NCBI GenBank assembly: GCA_965649765.1
Contig: OZ287752.1
Span: 21,142,001-21,206,000 of the forward strand
Direction of reading: 5' to 3'
DNA: 64,000 nucleotides
Origin: Bispira polyomma
Lineage: Eukaryota
Both the position numbers and the translations under genes were made by a program. Below, in pieces: positions 52,503-64,000 of the stretch (position 1 is its first letter; the number at the start of each line of letters is the position of its first letter). The notes beneath the pieces were generated by a model. It saw only the letters and a list, made by a program, of their open reading frames with translations, was not told the DNA's origin and made no database searches.

Positions 52503-54501
52503 TTAAGCTAAAAACATTATAAAACAGGTGCATACATTGGCTAGGGAGACTTTGTTATCGTCACAAATGCGTCAAAGAAGGGGACGTCAGCGTGGGGCTC
52601 CGGCTGCAGAGGTATACAAGACAATTCTGGGGGTAGAGGTTAAAGGAGGGGAGGGTATCGCCCTCGGTACTGTCTATGTAGTAGGGGTTCACATCCAGGT
52701 AGTGTCAACCCCAAGGTAACAGGTTGAGGGCGAGGGTATCAACCCAATCCAAGTAGGCTGCGGGAAGGTCACAACGTTCCCCAGGTACGCCATGCAAGTG
52801 TGTGTCTCCGTCATCAGGAAGATGAGAGAGCACCTAGGCAAGGACAGGTGAGACGGCATGCTGGTTCAAACTTTCAGTCAGGGCAGGAACCACAGCATGG
52901 GGAAAGGTCCTCTAACACTAGGTATGGTAGTAGGGGTCGTTCCGGGGACCAACTGGTCCCGATGGAACAAGAAAACCAGAATCCAAGACAAAAAAACCCT
53001 GTTGTGGTATCAACAACATTGCCACAGTCGACAGTCGAATATGAGGCAGTAATAAGCATGATAACCCAAATATTTAGCCTGGTAAGACCAGAAATAATTA
53101 GAACCAGGGTATTCCATCCTTCAAACCGGGTGGTACCATTTAACCAGGCACTGCTGATGGAACAATGTTTGAGGAATATCAGGGTTCAGATGGGCAATCA
53201 AGCAGCCCAGCCTTCATCTGCTTTGGGAACACCAACACTAGAGTACAGGAAACTCCCTAGAACGTTGGCTACCTACAATAGATGAGTGCAACCAGCACCA
53301 GGGAATACCTCAGGAGCTAGTGTGCAAACCCAAGCGGAGGGCAAAAGCAAGATGTCGCCAGGCTATGTCTATAGGGCAGCACAAGAGGATTTCGAGTCTA
53401 AAGCTGCAAAAAGGAAGTGCTGTGCCCAGCAGGGAGCATTCTATCAAGGAAAGAAGGTATTCCCTACACCAAAGCCGCAGGATAAGAGACAATAGTAAAT
53501 GCAGGCTGAGGGAAAGTGTCAAGGAAAAGGAACTTAAACCTAAACCGGAGCCAAGCAAGCCTAAGAAGTCTAAACCAGAAACTGGAAAAGATGTGGGGAA
53601 GGAGGTGAGACCAAGCGGCGAGCCGGATGTTGTCAAAACCTGAGTTCAGCCTGCCAAGAGAAAAGGTTTTACCTACAAGGAAACTGCTGAGCGAATAAAA
53701 AATTTTATTAAAAAAAAAAGACCCGCCTGCTTTATGAAGGGCTGTGGAACACCGCACATGAGGAAAAGGTGCACATGAGGAAACACATCACACGGAGGTA
53801 CCTACCTGAAGTGAGGGACATGACAAATGACAAAAAGATAACCATTTCATGATAACCATGCAGAATCTTTTGGGATGTGGAAACTATGAGACACTGCTTC
53901 AAAAAGTTAAAACACAGAAGTTGTTTTTGGATCCCAGTCAAATGCACCTTCAAACATCAGAGGACGACTACCGCCTGATGGATCATTTCCAATTATAGCT
54001 GTCAGGAAGTCATTTGAAGAGCACACACGAAGCCAGCCCACCAAAATTGTATAGCCTCGCTAGTGCATTGAAGGGTTGCAGCCTGCATAATAAACCACAT
54101 AGGGGAAGACAAGGTATAAGACTCCGAAAACTCCAAATATTGAGGTCCGTATTGGAGACATATCAGGTGCGGCAGCTGCAACAGAAGATCCTTTGAAGGT
54201 AACTGTTGGGAAGAAAGTGGTGGAGCCAACGTCTCTAAGTAGAGGGAAGGTGGGATTGACTAGCAAGACAAAATCCATCCTGTTCAAAGTACTAAAACAG
54301 TCTGTAGCAGAGGCTATAAAGCAAACACGGCAAGCAGAGGAAGGACAAAGTGTGTAAGCTGAGACTAAGTCTGAGCTCATAGATACTGATACACTAGTCA
54401 GTGAGTTAGATGTGCTGTTGGGTCTGACTGGCAGGGAAGCAGCTGCAGAAGCAAGCTCTACAGTAACCCAAATGGAGGTGACGGAAGAACCTGAGGTTGA
54501 G

Positions 54502-54706
54502 CCCAGTGACAGTGAACCTGTTGGAACGTCCAAGTACAAGCAAGGTAAACCTCGCCTTACAACGAACGAGGCGTCGGAACGTTATAAGGCTGGAGATTTT
54601 ACCCAGCGACAGTGAACCTGCTGGCGCTTCTAAGTACAAGCAAGGTAAACCATGCCTTACAACGAATGAGGCATCGGAACGTTATAAGGCTGGAGATTTT
54701 ACCCAG
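54502..54706 (+). repeat. 100-bp tandem duplication in the Gypsy extra ORF
   Basis: Units start at 54502 and 54602 (cccag.gacagtgaacctg), with a residual cccag at 54702. Confidence 0.9.
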
Positions 54707-54910
54707 TTTCAGTTCTCCCAGGTTATCCTCAGGGAGGAGAAGGAGACAATGTGGGAAGAAGCAAAGTCGTCTTATACAGAGGTATTGCAGAAGCCTCCAG
54801 CAGTAAATTTAGAGCCGCCACCTCCGGTGAAGTATGTTGGGAAGTCTTGCTCAGAGTTCAGTTGGGAGCTCAGGAGGTAAAATTTGGGAACCTGTCCGGA
54901 GTCACGAAAA

Positions 54911-55480
54911 CGACCATTTGTTGACTCCCATATGCACGTGGACAAGCTCAAGGAAGTCATACGCATAATCAGATTGGATGACTTACTACGGGTGGGTCCT
55001 TTGCCTGAAGTGCATTAAATTAGGGTGTTGGGCGAATTTTATGTCGAAAAACAATTTTGGTCCAAGGTGGTAGCAATCCCTTGTCGAGATTTCAATAACT
55101 TGCAGGACACCAGTGACTTGTGTCTAGCGGTGATCATGGACATAATGAAGGAGAAGCACCAAAAGTATTAAAGTGCATAGACATTGTTATAACGCGGGAA
55201 TAAAGGAAATGAAGAAATTGTAGGAAAATTTTCCTGGGGGTACTGTTTGGATTTACAGGGTAACTACCGGGTGCATCATGACACCCCGAAGTAGATCAGG
55301 TAGAACGGGAACTGCCCTTGAAAAAGATACTCCTGGAAACAGATTCCCCGTATCTTCAAGTCCCAGAACATTATGGCTATTCCTACAACACTTTCTATGA
55401 GATGGAGGTAATAGCAAGAAGGGTAGCAGAGTTAAAGCAAACTAAGGTTTGGTGTTTAGTACAAACCCCAACCGCATAGC
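54911..55480 (+). pseudogene. TatD-family metal-dependent DNase domain at the C-terminus of the Gypsy extra ORF
   Basis: Motifs in the expected order: FVDSHMHVD, VLGE, VAIPCRD (IHxRD), VHRHCY, FGFTG, LPLKKILLETDSPYL, IARRVAELK. Stops, frameshifts and an apparent internal deletion are present. Confidence 0.85.
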
Positions 55481-56835
55481 CTCAAAGAGGTATAAAAAGT
55501 CAAGGACAGCAGTGGATCGTGGGAGGTGAACTCAGTAAATCAAACAAGATAGAGCAACAGTTTGTGGAAGGAATCAATCTCAACCTTTGCTGTTGTATAT
55601 CCTCAGTCAAGGCGTATTTACAACCACCACAGTCTACATAATTAGTAGGTTGTGACTATAACCAAGAGGTTGTAGCCAGTTCTGCCCTGTGTGAATCATA
55701 CTAGCAGCAGAGCTGGATCAGTGAACCACGAGGTATACAAAAGAAGAACAAAATTTCACTTCTATGAAACACTAATATCATATTATAAAGTACTTTATGC
55801 CGTGGTCACACTGAGTACGTTCGCATTACGTTTTCTGACTGATTATTTCATTAAATCCATTGACTTCAATTTGAGATGTGAATTTCAGTTAAATCCAAGG
55901 TCTGTGATTGAAGTTAAATTCTGTTGGACTTAGGTTGAGCGATGTTGTCAACCAAATTTTAAAAATATTTCCACATCAATATCAAGTTGTGTGACCATGG
56001 AGAAGGTAATTATTACACCACAATATCTATCTGACTTTACATTAACATCCCAATATTCTTAAATGTGAAGTTTGAACATGTAATGATGTGAGAATATGTA
56101 AGTGCAACACTTATGTTTGTGGTCCAAATATGTGTATATTTATGTTGTGCATTCTCCCCTTTGATATGCCTCTTTCAATCGTGAGACTCATACTGTTATT
56201 CAATCATTGCCAAAAATGATTTTGATGGTGCTACCATGCAGGGTTAAGACATAACGCTTGTTATTCACTTAATGGTCAAGTTAGGCTAATGAACACAAAA
56301 TTTACTTACTTTTACTTCAAGTGGACAAGTCTTGATAATACTTAATCTTCATTACCCACAAAGGTAAGACTTCAAGGGTGACAATTGAGATTTGATGTCA
56401 CACACGTATATAGCTTAAAAGGATTGTATGTTAAACATCAGAAATAAGTATTAATAATGATATCAAAATGACGTGTCAAGAAAGATTAAAATGTCTGAAA
56501 CATCAATGACATTCATGATCACACAGTAACATCAATATAATATAGTAAGCCAAACATCAGAAGTAGTCACAAGATGTCTCAAGAAATAACCAACATGTCT
56601 GGTTACATCAATCTAACCTCTGATGTCATAATGATATCAATGTAGGGTGGGGAGCAAAACATCACATATTGTATTATTAAATGATGTCAAAATTAGGTCA
56701 CATGTAATTACCAAAAGATTTCTTTTCATGAAATAATGTCTAGATATCAAAATGATGTCAATATAACATCAGGTCCCAGTTTAGATCAATTCTTCATATC
56801 GAAATGACGTTTTTGCCTCCTGGGGAGGGGGGCAG

Positions 56836-57192
56836 TATAGAACACCAGGGCAGAATAAGGGCGTCAGCGGTCTGTAAAGCCCTTAAGGTTGTGCTTGTTT
56901 TCTCTTCTTTGGTGATTTTACTACTTTGGTCACTGGCAAAGTACAACCTTGATAATGGTAATGTTCCGTGTATAATTTAACAGTATGTACTAGACTGAGA
57001 TGACCTGGATTTGATTCTCAGTGATGTAACTTTACTATATATATATATACATCATAGCTCAGTGACAGAGCACTCCGTCTAGTACATAAAACACTCAGCT
57101 AGTTGATTGAGATACAAAAACATTCGATCAAAGAATAAATATGCTGTTTTTCATGTGATGTCTCTGATTTTATGTTGCACGTTATGGTTATA
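56836..57192 (+). repeat. Putative 3' LTR of the Gypsy element
   Basis: Follows the polypurine tract ggggagggggg; contains a TATA run (~57037-57048) and AATAAA (~57134); termini are tata..tata, possibly decayed TG..CA. No 5' partner is in the window. Confidence 0.6.
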
Positions 57193-57489
57193 GTCTTAAT
57201 ATGACATATCTGGAAATATTTTGAAGAGGCCAGATTTGACCTTTGACCCTTCAATTAAGGCTGTTATATGTTGCTTATTGTGGGTCTTAGAGGTTTGGGT
57301 TGTGAAACCAAAATTTGACCTTTGACCCTTCTTCGACTTCACAGGGCTGTATCCACACGAGGACCCTTATATTTAGCTTATTATTGGTCATATAAGCTCG
57401 TCATGTGACACCAACTTATAGGAAATCATGGGCTAGTAATATTTTTATTGTCAGATTTGACATTAGGAATGTATATATATATGTATAGT

Positions 57490-58560
57490 AATATGTTCCC
57501 ACTATTTATGTGATCTATATATGCTTGAATCAATCGTGTTTTTCCAAGTGCCTAATGGGACAATGTATGAAAATATATTATAAATAAATTAATTATTAAT
57601 TATCTTCATATAAACATCACTATGTTGCAGTTTTCTCAGAAATATATTGTATATTAGCAACATTATTCTATTAGTTGTTTTCAATGTACAACTTACTATA
57701 TGGGAACATTATGTTCCCACTATTTCTGTGATCTATTTATGCTTGAATTATTCGTATTTTTCCAAATGCCAAATGGGGCAATGTATTTTGGCAATGTAAT
57801 CTCAGAACTTACAAGGATTTCAGCTCTTAAATTTGGCATACAAATTGGATCTGTTTCAAAGACGAACCATGTGTATTTTGGTGTTAATACAGCCAGAAAT
57901 AAGGGAGAAACAGACATCTTTATGTTTTGAGGATCGTCAGATTTGATTGGATGGTCCATCAACGAAAGACCAAAGGGGAAAACCTTAAATAGAAGCAAGT
58001 ACACATATCCTTTGTTTATTATTAAATTTTAATGAAAAACGAGAGCTGTGAGCGATAAGGGAAGTTATCGTAGACCATTTTTTTTTGTCCCAGGCAATGC
58101 TTTCATTTTTACTGATGGTTCTCACTATTAGTTTTCAGTATGTTGCAGTTTTCTCAGAAATATATTGTTTATTGGTGACATTATTCTAGCAGTTGTTTGC
58201 AATCTACAACTTACTACATGGGGACATTATGTTCCCACTATGCCAGTGCTCTATTGATGCTTTAATTAATCGTGTTTTTTCAAATTGCGAAGAGGGTCAA
58301 TATGTCAACAGAAATTAATCTAAATAAACTGACTATAACTAATTATTTTTACACAAACATCAATATGTTGTATTTTTCTCAGGAATATTTTTTGTTTGCA
58401 GCCAACATGATTTTAATTTGTTTTAATGTACAACTTACTAAATGGGGACATTGTGTTCCAACTATACCAGTGATCTATTTATGCTTTGAATTAATTGTGT
58501 TTTCCCAAAATCTTAAAAGGGACAATGTCTCAACAAACATGAATCTAAAGAAACTGTGAG
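57490..58560 (+). repeat. Four diverged copies of a ~210-bp satellite-like unit, interrupted
   Basis: Core tgttccca.cta...gtgatctat..atgcttgaat..at.gt.ttttt at about 57494, 57712, 58230 and 58454. Confidence 0.75.
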
Positions 58561-61500
58561 CTAACTATTACTTATTATTTTCTCATAAACATGTATCGTG
58601 TGTACATGTACAAATGCCCTTTTTATCATAAAAATACCCTTGTTTCACAAAGGAAATATTAAAATGTCCTTTTGTCCATAAGTAGGTCAGAATAAAGTAA
58701 CTCTAATTGTAAATCACCAGTATAGAATGTGTGTATAGTTTCTCTATTAAGAAGTAAGTAAAAAGAAGGGTATGAATAGAATATTAAATCTGTGGGGCAA
58801 ACACCTATAGAAGGCAATTATACTATAACTAGAAAACTGTGGTCAATAAAATACAACATAGACGTGAAAACAGTACTTAATAAAAAGACCACATGTATGA
58901 ACTACAAAGCTTTTATTGCAGAGTTCTCACTGACAGTTAAAAATGCTGAATAGAATTGTTTCAAAAATATGTTGCAGATACTTGTAAAAGCTTCATAACA
59001 ATAGATTGCAGCTGTGGCATTAGAAAGAGAGGAATGTATATTACAACTATCACAGTGCTCAGCAAAAAAAAAAAATATATAAAATGTTCATATAACAAAT
59101 ACTACTAGTTATAATAGATACATAGAGGAAGTTCAATTTGGCACTGAATAACATGATCCAACACACACATGTGTGTCTTTGAGCAAAATAACAAAAACGT
59201 TTAACATGGAAGTTTTTTTTCTTCAAAATAACACTGGAAGGTTTATAAATCTTAAAGGGACTGTAATTACATTTATCTAATTACATACACTAAGTGGAAT
59301 ATGTCTTAAGATTAAAAAACATTTTGAACCTTATTAAATAATTATTTGAAAGTGCTTGACCTAAAATTCAATTTTACAAAAATGTCGCCATAATTGTCAA
59401 ACACTTGTTGTATTTAAAATTAGGTACATAAAATACAAAAAGATGATGATAATAAAATAACAAGTATTAACTGAATGTGACTGGAGTACATGTAATACTG
59501 GAAGACTGTATTATGAATTGATATATTCCCAATATAAAATGTAACCATAAATGTTTTAATATAGGAACCTGTATCATTTAAATACCCTTAAAATAAACAC
59601 ATTTGATGGAATCTCAATTATATTACACACTCATATATTTTCTCTTTTAACTGGGAAGAATTAAAAACAAATTTTAACAAAATAATCTATTTAAAATTAA
59701 AAAAAACAAAAAACAAGATTTTTGGACTTGGATGTAAAGGCTATGATATATATACATGTATATATACACTGGTTATTGGTCTTATACAAGTAGGATAGAG
59801 GATACACATACAGATTGTCAGATGACTGTCTTATTAACCTATTATAGAACTATGGTAACCGTAACATTTAAAAAATTTATTTAATTTTGGCCACAAATGA
59901 ATACTTATTATCATCGGTCAAATCAGGTCAGCATAATAAGCTCTGTGTTTTTTGTTCTAAATAATGACCATATAAATGATCAATGATGGTGACATACACC
60001 AATTTCTGAGAGACTGGCCCACTCTTGGCTGACAATCGGTATGTGTATCATAGGTTTAAATTAGAATCAATCAAAGTTTTTTTTTTCTTTAGGATTCACG
60101 TCTACCCATGTATCTACCTCCTAAAAACTCAGGGTCTTAAATCTATTTTTTCCCCCGATGAAGATTCATATAAAAATAATCTCATTTATGTGGTCAAATC
60201 ACAGATATTGATATAGAAATAATTAGTCAACCATCTCAGAATCTATGAGACAAGCTTGTCACGTCAGAATACACATAAAGCAAATAAGTAAAAAAAAGCC
60301 TAATTTAAACTAAATTACACTAGTGTGCAGTCTATAACACAATCTCTGTGTCCTATAACCACTGTGTTGGGTTTATTAGTACTTGAATATCTTAATGGAC
60401 AAAATTTATGACAGAATCTGTTCCTTAGGAACAAATGCGTAGTAATGTGGTGTTCACACTATGATGGTATGGATAGGTGGTAACAGATGTGTCAAATATC
60501 ACCTTGTAGTGAGAGAAACCATATCTATAGCTTTCCTTTACTTTAGCTTTCTACCTCAACCTTCCACCGAATTACTACTGTTGCTGTTCTGTCCCAGTAA
60601 TCATGTGTTTCCACCTGTTTCGGACTATTTAAGAGTATTTCCAGTGCGTACTGTTAGCGTTCCATGCCGGTAATTGTCTTTTTCTGTCCGTTAAACTTAT
60701 CTGAGCAAGTTTCAGGGGGGTGAATTTTCCCCAGATGGAAGAGCCGATATAACAAGTTAAAAAGCCTTTGGTACCGTCTGCAATACCGCCAATATGTGAA
60801 CAGGGCATAAGAGACTTAGAAGTTGATGTTTGACTTCTTACATTTGTGCTTAAATTGCGCCAAAGCAGTACAGCTGAAGAAACTTAACACACCTATGGTA
60901 CAAATAAAAATTAGATGCACAAAAGTACTGATTAAACAAAAGTTTTGCGTATGTTAAGGTGGACAGTACATAAATATATGGAAGACTCTCAGAATATATT
61001 AAATGCTATCAAAATAATGTAACAGTCTATGTAAAAGTCTACAATTAAAACAAATGTACAACAGTTTAATTGTTAATAAAATATGTTTAAATTAAAAAAA
61101 ATTGCAAATAAAATGTGTAAATAAAAACTAACCAAAAATGTGTAACCCAGCCATGTTGTGAGATATTGGCTAATTGAGACAAATACACAATATATTTAAG
61201 AAACAAATGCTTCTTTATGAGTCTCTGATATGTTTTATATGAAACTATCAACTAACACAATTATGACATGTATGGTCAGTAGAAATAAAAACAATTACTG
61301 CATATTGTATAAATCCAATATAAAAATAACAATTTCTCACTATAATTCATATTTAAAAAAAAAAATAAAATATTCTTTCAGTAATCAAATCTCATATATC
61401 ACAGTGCCTCAAAGGACCAAAATACAATATTCAGTGATGTATTAACTGCCCATCAGGAAATTATCCCATCAAGTGTTTTCCATCAGGAAAACTGCCCATC

Positions 61501-61722
61501 AGAAGATTATCCCATCAACTGAATTGAGGGGTTGGAAATTTTCCCATCAAAAGTCAAATTTTATTAGTTATTCCATACTAAATTCTATAATATTAACTTA
61601 ATATAACTTTTATTACATTTTAGGTACATTATACAAATTTTAGCAATATTACTTTATAGAATTTTTAGTATTTTTGCATCAGATGTGCAATTTTTAATCT
61701 TTAAGTTTTTATTACACTTGAC

Positions 61723-63593
61723 GGGAGACAGACAAAAGTAACTGGGACAAAAGTAACTGGGAAATAAGTAACCGGGACAAAAGCAACCCAAATAATGCAG
61801 GCCTAGGACAAAATGTACCAAGATTTAAATTTTTTCAGTAAGGTCTAATGTAAGTACTCTTTTTAGAGAAAATATTTTTTTATTATGAACAGTCGACCTC
61901 TAATCTCAGACAGGCTAAAAAAAAAAGACACAATGACATTTTAAAAACTTCATTAGTAATATTTTAATAACATGTTAAAAATATATATATATATAAATCA
62001 CATGTTTAAGTGTTCATTAGGTGGGTTGACATCAGATATTCAGGTCCTACTTTGTACTTTCTTTGAAAAAATTCAATAAAAATAAAACATTGGGTTCCTC
62101 CAGAGTACATTTGAAAGAGAGGAAAGTTGTAGGAAGTTTATTTAAACAGTTTAGATAAATCTACCCCTAAGTACATTTAAAAGAAATATCAATTGTAATA
62201 GCCCTTTTGAGAAAAGAAAAACTGCCCCCTCCATAGTACATTTGAAAGAGAACAAAATTGTAGGAAGTTTATTTGAAGTGAATGAGGCCTAATGACCTTA
62301 ATTGCAATGGAGATTCTAGTCTATTTGAAGAGATGCTGTCCTGTAAAGATGATGTGTAATGTTCACACATGACTTAATTGCTATAAGCATCCTCCCACTA
62401 AAACCTCAGTACAATGGGATCTACTTCAAAGGGATTACCAATAGGTATGACTTAAAGATGTAAAATACAAAATATTTTCTCTGTTAATAGATGTTACATT
62501 ACATTTTTACCGAGAAAAGTTAAATCTTGGTAATCATGACTTAAGGCTTTAGTAACGTAAACACAAAAGACGATCGCCGATAACCACGTTATGTGTACTT
62601 GAGCTTCTCAGAAAATGCACCACTTTTTCTTTGTGGCCTTAAACTCGATTTATGGAAAACATATTTACATTTTCATGGGTAGAAATAATAAAGCATAACA
62701 TCTATTTTAATTATATACTAATTCATATATTTTATGTGTCAATTTAATACATATTTTGAGACATACAATGCATATAGTAGTGTGTAAAATTGTAACTAAA
62801 ATGGGTAATATTTTCAAAGTACATGCTTCACAAACGTGACACAATTCATATACCAAGCAGGAATCAATACTGAAGTATTGTACATGACTAGAAAAAGGAA
62901 AACATCAGCATTATTTTGAATGAATTCGTTTTTCAATTAAAGCACAAAAAATGGCTTATTTTAGAAAAACATTAAAATTACACTCTTCTTAACAGAAAGA
63001 TGTTTTATATTCTTTGTTTTTATAAAATAAGGAAACATATTGAAAAATGTAAATCACTAGAAATAATATACATGTTTTATAAAGTTGTGTAACATATATC
63101 TTGTGCTGATATATGTTGGATCAATACTCGTATTATGTCACAATAGAAAGGACTCTCTCCAAGACTTGTTTACAAATATGACGTTCTACATAGATTTTCA
63201 AATTGTGTGACGTCACAACACAAGGATGGTTATATGGGTGTTTTTATAGTTTTGTAGCATATTATTATCCTTTTGAATTGTCTGCACACATAAAAATGGT
63301 TAAAATCCTTACTAAAGTGTGCTTTTAAAGTCCTCATAGTTGATATACAGAGTAGAAATGGCTCTCGTAAAAATAGCATGCTTTATTCCTGGCCCGTTTA
63401 TGTGTTTACGTTACTAAAACCTTAAAGATGTAAATAAAAAATGTTTTCTCTAAAAATAGTACTTACATTACCCTTTACTGAAAAAATTTAAATGTTGGTA
63501 CATTTTGTCCTAGGCCTGATTTATTTGGGTTACTTTTGTCCCGTTTACTTATGTCCCGGTTACTTTTGTCCCGGTTACGTTTGTCCTACACCC
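61723..63593. mobile_element. Mutator-like non-autonomous element with 9-bp TSD and ~160-bp TIRs
   Basis: Perfect TSD acacttgac at 61714-61722 and 63594-63602; the TIRs contain 15-bp gggacaaaagtaacc repeats. Confidence 0.88.
62545..63421. mobile_element. Kolobok-like non-autonomous element with TTAA TSD
   Basis: ttaa|ggctttagtaacgtaaacaca ... tgtgtttacgttactaaaacc|ttaa. Confidence 0.82.
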
Positions 63594-64000
63594 ACACTTG
63601 ACATCTGTCACAAGAACCAATGTTACACCATTTGATTTGTGCTCAGGAACACAAAATGAAAGAGTCTTTAAACTGATTACATTTTCCTGATGGGAAATAA
63701 TTGATGGGATAATTTCCTGATGGGCAGTTTTCCTCATGGGCAGTTTTCAGGGATTCATAATACTTAAACACCCAAGGCTGTATTCTCTATACATCTTAAT
63801 TTCAGACTCCAGCTAAAGCTCAAATCTAAGTTACACATATCTCTGGTTACAGTAATCATATGTAAACTTAACTAAACATTTGAATTCAGTGGTGAAATCT
63901 CTATTACATGAATGATTCCAGGTAATTAGTGTGTACAGTAAGTAACAGACAGACTTCATGTGAGTTGAGTCAGAGCTGAGCTTGAGTTTCTTTGGAGGAA

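Larger units (their letters stand above)
51390..57192 (+). mobile_element. Gypsy LTR retrotransposon, 5'-truncated and decayed, with an extra 3' ORF encoding a TatD-like nuclease
   Basis: RT end (DDIILGKNFKDHLDNL..LKLKPKKC); integrase (H..GHMG, RVRIDIIGPF, VDQFTK, NGQVKRYNRTI); extra ORF ~52800-55480; PPT 56822-56832; 3' LTR. Confidence 0.85.
61445..63755. mobile_element. Outer MITE whose TIRs are built of cccatcagga repeats
   Basis: aactgcccatcaggaaattatcccatcaa at ~61444 is the reverse complement of ttgatgggataatttcctgatgggcagtt at ~63700-63729. Confidence 0.75.

Noticed and set aside
57490-58560. Repeat-spacer-like pattern suggestive of a CRISPR array
   Set aside because: The context is eukaryotic, the units are long and diverged, and the intervening sequences are homologous to each other; this is a satellite-like repeat.
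60480-60895. Minus-strand segment after a plausible acceptor, faintly like ZZ or MIB-HERC2 domains (VIRW..ESYRYG)
   Set aside because: Stops occur in all frames and the Cys pattern is incomplete; it cannot be supported without a profile search.

Overview
AT-rich animal genomic DNA, most likely from a marine invertebrate such as a mollusc (inferred from the Meta/MESC-type SINEs and the transposon spectrum). There is one intact host gene, reconstructed by hand from splice sites. It has 12 coding exons on the minus strand (CDS 21180..1319, 3108 nt, 1035 aa) and encodes a nephrin/sidestep-like type I membrane receptor: signal peptide, 7 Ig domains, 2 FN3-like domains, a TM helix and a short tail with YxN and ITAM-like YxxL-x10-YxxL motifs. 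The rest is decayed mobile DNA: five Ngaro/DIRS tyrosine-recombinase retroelement copies or fragments, an intron-containing pogo-type transposon with a PHD finger, Harbinger remnants, LINE and Penelope fragments, four tRNA-derived SINEs, a ~540-bp inverted-repeat pair enclosing captured retroelement fragments, and triple-nested MITEs. The most interesting observation is a 5'-truncated Gypsy LTR retrotransposon. Between its integrase and its PPT/3' LTR (the env position) it carries a decayed extra ORF with a C2H2-like zinc finger and a C-terminal TatD nuclease domain. All coordinates and family assignments were made by eye; no database searches were run.
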